Assembly: GCF_006345805.1 (NCBI RefSeq)
Contig: NC_042999.1
Location: 25,854,001-25,918,000 of the forward strand
Direction: 5' to 3'
Source of the DNA: Octopus sinensis
Taxonomy: Eukaryota
Length of the DNA stretch: 64,000 nt
The notes beneath the pieces were generated by a model. It saw nothing but the letters and a program-made list of their open reading frames with translations. It did not search any database and was not told the origin of the DNA. The translations under genes were made by a program, and so were the position numbers. This document shows positions 22,550 through 34,994 of the stretch, piece by piece (positions within the stretch are counted from its first letter, which is position 1; each line of letters opens with the position of its first letter).

Positions 22550-23858
22550 ATATTAGGGAATAAATCCAAATTTACAGGGAAAAATCAGATTTAGGATTAA
22601 ATCCAATTTTATAGTAAAATATTATAAAATATTATTAGAGACAAAACCACTATTTTGCAAAACAAACAAGGAAAGACTTAATCATGGGTGTGTGGTTTAC
22701 GTGTGTGTTTTTGTGTGTGAATGTATACGTTAAATGGATTGCTATATAAGTATGTTATAGTGTTTAGTAAAGGGAGGTTTTATCATTTCTGTTTTGTGAG
22801 TTTTAGCTTATCATGGTAGTTTTATAAAAGAATCCATTCATAATTTTTGTGTTTATTTGTCTGTGTGGGGTTGAGTGGGTTTTTGGAGTATATGTTGAGG
22901 TTTATATGTATGTATTGGTATGTGTAGTGGTGTGGGTATTTGTATATGTCGTGGGTGTGTGGTTTACGTGTGTTGTATTTGTGTGTGAATGTTTAGGTTA
23001 GGGGGATTGCTATATAGGTTTGTTATAGAGTTTAGTAAAGGGAGATTTTATCATTATATGTTTTTATGAGTTTTGGTTTATCATGATAGGTTTGTTAAGG
23101 ATTCGTAGTAATTTGTGTCTATTTGCGATGTCTGTGTTTTATTGCATTGTTTCATTCATAATTTTTAAGTAGTGTTCGTTTTTACCAAGTGAATATAATT
23201 TTTAATTCCATTTATTCCATTTCTCCGTTCATAGTTTTGAGTGATGTCCGTTTTATAGAGCGTGAATGTGGGTTGTATGTGTGTGTGGGAGTATGAATAA
23301 GTATTGTGTTGAAGTATTTAGCTATTTTATTTATTTATAGTTGCCTAGACGTTTTTATGTGTATGTATAGGGATATATATATATAGGTGTGTGATTTAGT
23401 GTATGTAGTTAGATATGGTTATATATAATTAGGTATATGTGTATGGGTGTATATATAGTTTATTATTATATTATTATTATTTTTTTGTTTTGTTTTATAT
23501 TTTATATTTTATATTTTATATTTTATATTTTATATTTTATAGTTTATATTTAATTGTTGATAGGTTTTTTTTAGTTTATATATTGTTTATATATTGATTA
23601 TATATGGATTATATATAGGTTATATATGGATTATATACTTATATTTTTTCATTCATACTTTAATTATTTTAAAATTATTATTATATATTTTAAAATATTG
23701 ATTTTTTAGATTGGAAGTCCACCTGAAGATTGTCGATCAAGACAAGAAACGATGTAGTGGCGGATTTTTTGACTATTTATTAAAAATTTATGTATTGATT
23801 AAGTCTTTCCTTGTTTGTTTTGCAAAATAGTGGTTTTGTCTCTAATAATATTTTATAT
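22550..23858. mobile_element. Long PLE family B element with ~62-bp perfect inverted repeats, internal tandem duplication and hammerhead
   Basis: Arm ~22623-22684 is the reverse complement of ~23796-23857; strong strand asymmetry; (TA)n on both sides; ends homologous to 9350-9610. Confidence 0.75.
23719..23760 (+). ncRNA. Type I hammerhead motif, family B
   Basis: CCAC-CUGAAGA-UUGUC(GAUCAA)GACAA-GAA-AC(GAU)GU-A/GUGG. Intact core, 5-bp stem II, 2-bp stem III. Predicted cut after 23756. Confidence 0.72.
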
Positions 23859-23859
23859 A

Positions 23860-23942
<83 letters not shown>

Positions 23943-24203
23943 TATTAGAATATATATATATATATATTCATAATAGAATATAAGGATAAAATTGATAGTG
24001 ATTTTTATCAAATAGTCAGCATGCTATAAAAATTTATAGGCAATTTATACATTAAATTAGTTATAATCTACATAAGTATATAATTATATGAGGATGTAAA
24101 GGCGATACCTTAATCTCCAAAATCTCCAGATAGATATATAAGGGGGCCAGTGAAAATAAAAATCAAGACCTATCTATATGCATATACATACATACATACA
24201 TAC

Positions 24204-24292
<89 letters not shown>

Positions 24293-24390
24293 TAAATACA
24301 TCTAAAGAAGTCTGAAATAGGTATAGTGAACCACAATTCATTTGTTGTTTTATATATATATTATATATATATATATATATATAGGCATAT

Positions 24391-24774
24391 AGGAGGGGGG
24401 GGTGGCTGTGTGGTAAGTAGTTTGCTAATCAACCACATGGTTCCGGGTTCAGTCCCACTCCATGGCATCTTGGACAAGTGTCTTCTGCTATAGCCCCAGG
24501 CCGTCCAATGCCTTGTGAGTGGATTTGGTAGACGGAAACTGAAAGAAGCCTGTCGTATATATGAATGTATATATATACGTGTGTGTTGCTTGACAACCGA
24601 TGCTGGTGTGTTTACGTCCCCGTCACTTAGCGGTTCGGCAAAAGAGACCGATATAATAAGTACTGGGCTTACAAAGAATAAGTCCTGGGGTCGAGTTGCT
24701 CGACTAAAGGTGGTGCTCCAGCATGGCCGCACTCAAATGACTGAAACAAGTAAAAGAGTAAAAGAGTAAGAGTA

Positions 24775-24775
<1 letters not shown>
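24391..24775 (+). mobile_element. Major tRNA-derived SINE, full length
   Basis: Head, body and (AAAAGAGT)n tail as in the other copies. Confidence 0.92.
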
Positions 24776-24833
<58 letters not shown>

Positions 24834-25149
24834 GTGTGTGTGTAAGTTTGAGTCTGTGTATGTGTATGTACGTGTGTTTCTGAGTGCACATACACAAATA
24901 CACAGAAATATGTTAATCGACGTATTTTTTTTAGGTTGCGCCTATCACTGCATACTTGGCTTCGGTGCATTTCTTCATATACAATTTCTTAAAAGCTTCC
25001 CATTCGCTTTTTTGAATTGATTACTTTACCCGTAACTTCTAAATAACACCTGAACGAAAGCTTCACTATTGTTTACCATTTTCCAATTTCAATAATGCCT
25101 CTAGCTTTCTCCCTACACGCACCTGTACACACATACACACAAACACACA

Positions 25150-25192
<43 letters not shown>

Positions 25193-26639
25193 TTTGACTT
25201 TGTTCTTCCATAATTCTTTAACGAATGCTTTAGTCTTTAATTTCACTTACTTTCGAATTGTTAAGTTTAGGAATAAAATTAAAGTGAAAATGTAGGTAAT
25301 AACATTTTGCTGCCATACATATACCATGCAATTCGTGGTAAATAGAAACGAGCAAATTATTAGAGTTTTGAGAGTAATTCTTCAATAAATACTACTATAG
25401 CTATACCTACCTTACACTTTAAAAAGTTTACATGGTATGATATGAGATTCTGACAGAAGATCTGCAATATATGTACTTAAAGATTGTGGATCTTAAGTGT
25501 TTGAAAAGCGCGCCGAAGTAATCGATGTAATTTCTGAAAAACCTGAATACTGTATGATTTTTACCTACTCTTGATTGATAGTATTATCGCGGCTCTAGGA
25601 AAGGACTAAATACATTTTATAATTCTTAGTCTCTCTCTCTGTCTCTCTCTCTCTGTCTCTCTCACTCTAATGCTTTCTCACTGCCCTTATCTTCTCAATG
25701 TATTCTTCTGACAAAATTTTTGTCAGTAGGGATCCAGCGAAGGAGTAAAATCTACTACCATATTAATTTATGAAAAATGCAGACGTAGAGATTTACTTAA
25801 TCGACTGTTTTAATAGGGAGAGCATACTTCAGAAAGAACAAAAATGTGTGCGGTTAATCATTTCAGTTTAATTAATTTAATGAAAACTTCCAACTTTTCA
25901 ATATTAAATCAATGTTAATATGATTTAAGTATTTCTGCGGTTGAAACCTGTGAAAATGGTGTAAAATATTATGGAGGAGGGGAAACATTTCATCTCTAAT
26001 TACAAAAGTAAACACGATTATTTATCGAAATACTAACATTTTCAATTGAATATAAGCACGATTCTATGAAGTATATGATATCGGCGATTTCAAGAGACTA
26101 CGGGCGTTTTGGTCTGTTCTGTTTATGATTTGCGTCTACTTAACGGCACTGTTCCACTTATCAATCGGTTCCTAATATCGATGGATTGCAGAATCATTTT
26201 TGCATTCGAACACGCCAAGGAACACATCTCCTGACTGAAACCCCGTCAAGTTCATCGTCGGATTCAATTTTTCCGGCGTTGATTAATGGAACTCTTCGTA
26301 TAGTGCTGTCAAAATTACTTCCGACAAAATCGCTTGTATTGTGCCGAAGTTAGAAACAATTAATATATGAAGATTAATCATATTTTTACGCTCCGATTTC
26401 ATAACGCCTTCGCAGTTTTCATTAAATAATTTGACTTAACCCGAAGCAAAGGCATTATACGACATAATAAATATATAAACACACACAGCTGATCGATTCA
26501 CGGAGGAGCAACTGTTCAAAATTAATCACTTATGCGTATTCTAAAGATATACATGTCACTAACACTCGCAGCATCCTCGAGGTATCTTAAGTAAATTTTG
26601 ACACTTTCATGATCTTGCTGATGAGGAGTGGATTTCTGT

Positions 26640-26886
26640 CTTTTATCTGTTACTTGTTTCAGTCATTAGATTGCGGCCATGCTGCGGCACCACTTTGAAG
26701 TAGTTTTGTTAGTCGAGAGAATCGACCCCAGTACCTCTGTTTTTTGTTTGTTTGTTTTTGAAGCCTGGTTCTTATTCCATCGATCTGTTTTGCTGAACTG
26801 CCGGTTAGGTAAACAATAACACCGGTAGTTAACAGGTGGTGGGGTACATAGAGAAACGCATAAATACAGATACACACACGTATATG

Positions 26887-26935
<49 letters not shown>

Positions 26936-26944
26936 ATATGTGTG

Positions 26945-26979
<35 letters not shown>

Positions 26980-27050
26980 ATATAAACGTCGCACTTCTCT
27001 TAGTTTCCCTCTACCAATTTCACTCACAAGATTTTGGTCAACACGATGCT
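26640..27050 (-). mobile_element. Major SINE family, 5'-truncated diverged copy
   Basis: TTACTTGTTTCAGTCATT...GCGGCCATGCTG...TCGACCCCAGTAC...CTACCAATTTCACTCACAAG. Confidence 0.8.
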
Positions 27051-28462
27051 AACATTCCTCAATTTTCAGATAACAATGCATAAAGGAATCTTTCTCGATC
27101 CCTTGATTGTCCCTAAAACTTCACTCTATCATTTTAAAACGAAAAAAAAAAACAGGTAACTTGTAACTATGGATGCACTATTGTTGAAAATGTGGTGGTA
27201 TGCTCAAGGATGTTACATTTCAGACCACTAGTCCCTTTAATCAGAAATAATCTACACTTAAACAGTATGACACGTCCCTGAACCAAGATGGTAAGGAAGC
27301 ATCTTTTTGCCACAAGACATCAGCCAAAATTCCGAGGTGGACATGGACACAAACTTTGGAAAGATTAGAAAGATTAGAGTCATAAGATTAGAAATGAATG
27401 GAAGAGTAACTACGATGTTGACAATGATAGATCCAATTCCACACTGTCTTGAGTTGTATCGGTTTATTCTCGATGCAACCCTACTAGAGAAAGTGTTTCC
27501 TTCTGCATGCATATTCACTAGATGTGTTCGGGTAAACTTTAACTCTATCCATACGCAAACAGCCCTACTGGTTAAAGAGAGAAATTACTAATCCATATCA
27601 AATGCAAAATACATAAATACTGCTTTCGGGTTCTCTTATGGGGTAATATTGTTACATCTAGCTTTAATGAATAGTGATTTGTTTTTAAACTATATGGCTT
27701 TAAATGGATTTTTCCCGGACGAAAATTTGAAAATCCTCAGCTTCTGGCGTTTAAACAACGCACGTATATTATTTAAGTGGTACTAATAATTAAAGCTTAC
27801 ATTAGAAAGCTGATGCTATTACATGTTGATATTTTATATACATGCATATATACATACATACATACATACATGTGAACATGTCTAGATTTGCACCAAAATA
27901 CATGAAAATGCATATATAAAACAAAACATACAAGCCTGCAAATGCAGTTACTCCAGTTACTGCACAAATACACACATACATGAAAACCCTGTTGATTTTA
28001 TTGACATTCCAATAAAGAAGCGTTTGGATCTAGGTCAGAAAGCTAGATCCATCCATATATATATAAGCAATCACATACATATCATGTAGGTATATTTAAA
28101 TGCATGTATATGTTTTTGTGTGTATCTATAAATGAAAAAGGACCACTGCAGTAGCCTAATCATTAAATTCGACCGCCTAAACTAGTGCACGTATATTAAG
28201 GAGTTATATGGATATACGCTTAAACTGTCTGTGAACAAAGAAATTTGTTCATGCAGTAGTTAAGCTCTTGCAGACTATATATCAACTATGTATTTTTATG
28301 AGCATCAATTCTTTTACTACTACTCTCAGTAAGACTCGAATTAATTGATCAACTTTATGCCAATAATCCGTGTAAGTTTTCTCCCATATTTCCTTCTATC
28401 TTAATGGCATATAGACTGACGCGCGGGAACCCCACCCAAACACACATACTATATATATTATA

Positions 28463-28538
<76 letters not shown>

Positions 28539-28994
28539 CGAGAGAGAGAGAGTAACGAAATATAAGCGACAAGTTAGTGCTCTCACAATAGAATGCTATA
28601 CACTTTTATGGCTAGATTTTAGTTTCCTGAAATACACTAAAATTGTAATAATAACATATTCAAGAGAGCTATCAATGTCATTTTGAAGACATAATTTACG
28701 GGTGGTAAGAATTCACGTTGGAAACAGGACTTGTAGGAATGAGTGAATAATTCCTTTAATGACCATTACTTACTAGACGATCGCAGCTAAAATTCGATTA
28801 TACAGGAAAAACTATCTGGCATCTGGCTTCTGACAATATAGACGTATTCCTTAATTGAACTTTTTTCTCTCGTTTCTTCTCTCTCTGTATGTATGCCTGC
28901 GATCGCGTGTGCGTTTGTGTATGTGCATGTGTGTGCGTGTGTGTGTGTGTGTGCGCGTGCGTGTGTGGGTGTGTGTATGTAAACTTAGACATAG

Positions 28995-29135
28995 ACGTGA
29001 CGGTGCAGCTAGAAACCTGTCCCCTCCCAACCACATGGTTCCGGGTTCAGTTCCACTTCGTGGTTCTGCTATAGCATCGGGCTGACCAATGTGGTGTGAG
29101 TGGATTTCGTAGACGGAAATTATATGAAGCCTGTC

Positions 29136-29140
<5 letters not shown>
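28995..29140 (+). mobile_element. Major SINE family, 5' half
   Basis: AACCACATGGTTCCGGGTTCAGTTCCACT...GTGAGTGGATTTCGTAGACGGAAA. Confidence 0.8.
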
Positions 29141-29180
<40 letters not shown>

Positions 29181-29208
29181 CATATATATATATATATCTG
29201 TGCATGCC

Positions 29209-29263
<55 letters not shown>

Positions 29264-29639
29264 TATATATACGCATATATACACACATAGACATACATGC
29301 ATACGTAAACCCACTGACACACACAAGTATAGATTCAATTCTATAGTTTCGAGGTTACACAAACGAGGGGTGTTACCATTAATTATAATTTTTCGGAATC
29401 GTATGAATTTTGTAAAGTTTTCTCAATTCCATATTACTCTAATCTTCTTTGACGTAGATACGTTTAAATTATTTAATGTATACGTATATGTATATTTTTC
29501 TGTGTGCACCCCCCCCTCCAGTACCACGCACATATACACACAGTTCTATATAATAAGCAGGTTTATAGGCTTTAAAAACGCTTATATATTAACAGAAAAC
29601 ATTGTACTTTTATACAAAATAAGAGAAACATAAAGATAA

Positions 29640-30691
29640 GTCATCAATTTAATAATTTCATTCAATAAAACAACCATAAACATCCTACGCAGGGTGGAAA
29701 TCTTTTGCAAGCTCTGATTAATTGGTCCTTATCCATATCGGACATGGTGCGAATTATGGCGGCTTTAAAAAAAAAGTTGAATATATGGGGATGTTCATTG
29801 ACATTTTTTTCAATTATGCTTCATCCATAGTCGTCCAGTGAATTGAGATCTGGAGAATTAGGAGGCCAAATGTTGGGGGTGATGTGATCATGTTAATTGT
29901 CGGCCATCCGTTCTTGTGTCATATCAGCCTTCTGTGATGGTGCAGAAACTCGTTGAAAGACATAAAGACTTCCATTGCATACGGTGTTGATCGACGTCTT
30001 AACAACTTTATAAAGAACCTCAACGTAACGCAGCAGTATTCAGCCTAAGGGCTTGTGTAAAACAGTGAGAGGGCAAACAATACCCAAGACCATGACACTT
30101 GCAGGAAATTCTGTGTGCATTAGACTTGGAACATCAGAAGGGTCTACACATAGCCATCTGACGTTTCTTCTATTAGTTTTCTGGTCCTGGTCAAAGTTTG
30201 TCTCATCTGAGAAAAACCAAATCTCACCATCTTCTGATGGATTTTTAAGTTTGTTCAAAAGTTTTTGATCGGATTAAACGGTTTCCTTATTTTTTCCTGA
30301 GATGAAGTGACCTCTCCTCATCACGTAAAATTTATACCTGATGTCTTAGTGCACAACATTACTGATTGTTTTTTTGCTGACACACGTAATTTTTTTTCAA
30401 TTGTACTCATTGTTTTTCTTGAATGGTCTTCAATGTTTTTCTAAACTTCCATTTTCTTTCTCTAACTCACATCAAAGCTTGTGGACAGAAGATCTTGCAA
30501 CTTTCAGAAAACTAGAAATTACTAAGTCACTATACTTAGCCTTCAAAACCACAATCACAACGTGCCTTTTAATTTCATTAGTAAACAAAGGGGCTGTCAT
30601 TATTATTTTCTGAAACAGAAGTTCAATAAAAGTTAGTCAAATAAAATAATGATTAAAAATCCATGTGTCCCCTAATACCGTCCGCATCCTG
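29640..30691 (-). mobile_element. maT-family (DD37D) Tc1/mariner transposon relic
   Basis: FFSDETNFDQDQKTNRRNVRWLC...FPASVMVLGIV...YVFQR(V)SAP...WPPNSPDLNSLDDY; 37 residues between the eroded second Asp position and the third Asp. Right end reads CAGGATGCGG next to TA; left TIR not found. Confidence 0.88.
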
Positions 30692-32931
30692 TATATAGGA
30701 ACATGTGTGTGTGTATGTGTGTGTGCGTGTTAAGGCCAAAGCAGCTATAAGATCTTAGCTGCGTTTAATCATTATAACTGTCAATTATTTACTGAAGGGA
30801 CTTTGCAGTACTAACTTTAGCCTTTTGAAAAAATTAAATGATTTGCTTTAGGGCGATATTTTTTGTTAATGATGTTTCCTGAAATGACTTACAAATTACA
30901 ATCAAATTTTCCTTGGAGCCCTTAATTTCTATGAACAAATGAAGACTTCGCTTTGCATTAAAACTCTTTTATGAAATGTATTAAGAGCGTATTATCGCTT
31001 CGCTGTGAGAAAATAACCAAGTACAGCAGATTATAGATTTGATAATTAAAGCAACTTAATTAATCTTGATATCTTGTGATGAAAAATACTAGAATCACAG
31101 AAAAAAAAGACATCTAATTACTTTCTCTTTCTTTCTATTTAAGTGGATTAAATCGGCGTGATAACATTCTATTTATTCTTGATTATTTCTTAATATATTC
31201 AATTAAAATATATAAAAGATAACACAATAAGGACACAATTGTACTAACCAAACTAGCACTAAGCTACACTATCATCCTGATTCATATGAGTCACTTAGCA
31301 CTTTAGGAAAGTTAATTAATATTCGAGCAAGAAAATATTCCTATCGATAAAACACTGATGATCTGTTTTCTTTCCTTTCTTCCTTTTTTGTTTTTTAGAT
31401 GATTCAGTTATCCGTACCGCTGACCGCTGACTTCCTTACGATGGCAGTTTGACAAATCGCTTGATCATGAATCTCGTACTTACATCATTAAATCAGCTAA
31501 TTATGGGCTAGGAAATGTCATAAACACGCGTTACATAATTTTACTGTGGCATGCAAAAATATAGGTCATTTGCTAAGTAAATTAAACAAATAAGTTAATG
31601 TGTTCAAATTATGGTAGACACTCTAGTGCCTGTAGTGACTTTGTTATTATTTTGGACAAAATAATTTTTAAAGCAAAAATCTATAGTGATAATATATTCA
31701 AATGAGACACCAATTTCATTTTAAAGACATAATTTTCTGCCGCTTAGATTTAGTTCAGTGACAAAGATCACTGGAAAAAGCGAATGTTTACTTTAAAATT
31801 CATTAACTTCTTACAAGGTAATCTGAAAAATAATTCGATTAGAGAGATATCCACAGCTGCGATTAATAAATATGTACTACCGATACACGTAGCACCGCTC
31901 ATGAACTTTCGTTTAATGTTGCCAATAAAAATATGTCTGTAGTAAGATTATGAGAGAAACAGCTTTGGTTAGTCTTTAATTATGCTGTTTCTGGAGTGAA
32001 GTGGAGCATTGGTAATGGAGATACATATGGTAATTGCATGACATTGCAGAGATGTTACATAGATATGTGTCTCAGAGAAGTAGAGAGCGCTTACGAAAAA
32101 CGTCTCCCTCTCGCTATATATATATTTATATATACGTGTGTATGTGTATTTATGCAAGTGTATGTGTGTGTATGTGTGCGTGTTTGTGTTTACGTATCTG
32201 TATATGTAAACATACTTAATGTGCAAATATACATAATATATGGATATATCTACATATATACATACACACGTGTGTGTGTGTGTGTGTCTGTGTGGTAATT
32301 GGAGAGCACGATCCGAAAGATGCTGGTATAGGAAGTTAGCTTCAAGTACGTACACAGCTAGTATATATAACTAAAGGTGGACAGTGTAAGATAAAGAGTC
32401 TCATAACTCCCTATGTTATACATTCCGTACCATAATGAATCAATGGCAGCCACTATACAACTTACTGTTCAGGTTTATACCTGTAATTATTGGGACCCTG
32501 AGATATATTATACGCTGCATAAATACCAATCTTGAGGAATTAGGCTTCTCAAAATCAGAAAGGAGAAAACTGATTCGAAGACAACTGATTCAATCTGGAA
32601 ATGTAAAAATCTATAATTTACCATTGTTAAATTTATCATTCAGATAAATATGAGCATGTCTAGATATGCAAATATATGCATGAGAAGACATATATAAAAC
32701 AAAACATACGCATACACACACGCACACACAGATACATGTATACATATACACAATACCCTGTTGTTGATGTTGTAATTCCAATGAAGGAGCCTTGGATATC
32801 GGATAGAAACCGGCTCTTTCTCTATTGGCAAGAAGTCTTGAAATACAACTGAGTAATGACTGACATTCATACATACATACATACATACATACATACATAC
32901 ATACATACATACATGCATACATACATATGTA

Positions 32932-32962
<31 letters not shown>

Positions 32963-33059
32963 ATATATATATATATATACAGGCATATTGTCTCGCACAC
33001 GCATATGCACAGTTATATGCACAGCACACACACACACATATATGTATATATATATGTAT

Positions 33060-33128
<69 letters not shown>

Positions 33129-33144
33129 ATATATATATATATAA

Positions 33145-33690
33145 ATAGTGATTGCTACTCCTAGTCAGAAGAGTGCCAAAATTTCTTTGGATATTGAACG
33201 ATGCATTGTGAAAGCGTGTTGATCTTTAACCCTCCTTTTGTGTCTAAAGAACGTTCAAAGAAAAGACATTTGTTATTCTTTTCACTTCAAATGTACCACG
33301 ATGCTTGTGGCAGAATTGCTCGCACAACTTTCCCAATTTCTTCATGGGTCATGTGCTTTTAGATGGCGGACACACCCAGCCCTTCTGAGAAGAAATCCTC
33401 CACATACATTTTTACCTCAATTACTCCTGTGTTTCTGTAGTCACATCTTTACTTGAAAATTAATTCTACGATACTGAACATGATGCCAATGTCTCCTAGA
33501 TGACGTTGCCTCCTATGACCTCTTGAATCGGTTTTGTATTGTGTTGAATGCATCGTCTCTCTGGTTGGCTCACGATGAAATATCTGCTTAGGTAATCTGC
33601 ATCCTCCCCTCCTGATGTCATGACCATAGAAACCCCTGTGGTTCAAAATTATTTTTCTCAATGCTAGTGCGCCAGATACAAACACACACG
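33145..33690 (-). mobile_element. Old RTE-clade LINE 3' remnant
   Basis: GHDIRRGGCRLPKQIFHREPT... and ...ERSLDTKGGLKI resemble the RTE C-terminus (GHV.R....RLPKQIF.GEL; C2H2 tail). Confidence 0.7.
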
Positions 33691-33974
33691 CTCATTACAC
33701 AAAGTAATTCCAACATTGATTTTTACGTTTTATTTACAAAATTAAAATAATATAAGATAAAATAATAAAATAAAATTATAGAATATTAAATATCCATTCT
33801 GATTGAAATAGAAGGTTCATGCATTAAAGTATGCAATCTTCAAGTTCATGTAGTAGTGGTGCTAGTCATGTCTTACAATTTACAACTGAGGTACAATATG
33901 TGTGGGGTATTTCATTTCTGAAGAATTAGGTATGTCTGCCATCTCGAATCACATGACCTATATATATTATATAT

Positions 33975-34095
33975 AGTTTAAATTTACAGAAAACACAAGA
34001 CGAAGACAGGTGAAAGAACAAAAAGCAGATGATTAACGCTCAGTAAGATTGGAAAAGTTTTTTAAATTGTGACCCTATGCTTTTCTACAGAAAGA
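33975..34095 (-). mobile_element. PLE family C terminal repeat, heavily decayed hammerhead
   Basis: AAGACGAAGACAGGTG...AACGCTC...GACCCTATGCTTTTCTACAGAAAG; the GAAAC element is lost. Confidence 0.6.
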
Positions 34096-34144
34096 ATTGG
34101 GTGGAAAGGAGGAGAAGGAAAAAATGTGTCGGGAATAACGGTTA

Positions 34145-34183
<39 letters not shown>

Positions 34184-34339
34184 TATACAATGTTACATAG
34201 ACGCAAGCATGTGTAAATAAACACACTCACGCACGCACACGTAAACACACACGCACACGTAAACACACACGCACACACATTCACACATATATGCTCACAT
34301 ATCCCGATTAATTTTTCGGTCGCTGAGAAATAGAGAATT

Positions 34340-34643
34340 AGGTGGAGGCACATGGCCTAGTGGCTAGAGCAGCGGACTCGCGGTCGAGGGATCGCGGGTT
34401 CGAATCTCAGACCGGGAGATGAGTGTGTTTATGAGCGAAGCACCTAAGCTCCACGCGGCTCCGGCAGAAGGTAATGGCGAAACATCAGCTGACTCTTTCG
34501 CCACAACTTTCTCTCACTCTTATCTCCTGCATGTTGCAGCTCACCTGCGATGGACCAGCGCCCCGTCCAGGTGGGGAACCTATACGCCAAGAAACCGGGA
34601 AATCGGCCCTTATGAGCCAGCCATGGCTCGAGAAGGAACAAAC
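34340..34643 (+). mobile_element. tRNA-derived SINE (OR-type head) with alternative 3' tail and 12-bp TSD
   Basis: A box TGGCCTAGTGG, B box GGTTCGAATCT; TSD AAATAGAGAATT at 34328-34339 and 34644-34655. Confidence 0.9.
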
Positions 34644-34846
34644 AAATAGAGAATTGAGAACCATTTGAATACCGTAATACTAGTTTATTTATTGACTTTG
34701 TGAAGATGATAGGTAAAGCTGACTGTCAAGAATTGAGCACCAAATGCACAGAAATGGAATAAATAACAGAATTCATCTCTTGTTCGAGACGAAATATTCT
34801 GCCTTGCTGTCACCTTCTAGCTTGTATATATGCACACAAATACAGA

Positions 34847-34919
<73 letters not shown>

Positions 34920-34949
34920 ATGTTAAGTTTGGACTTACTCTCTAATATT

Positions 34950-34994
<45 letters not shown>

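Noticed and set aside
26618-26640. Other CTGANGA hits (26618, 46657, 59594)
   Set aside because: No stem II followed by GAAA and no NUH with a stem I partner.
27258-27591. Overlapping ORFs with a hydrophobic stretch; 25-nt plus-strand microexon at 27266-27290
   Set aside because: No recognisable homology and no consistent exon chain; compatible with chance.
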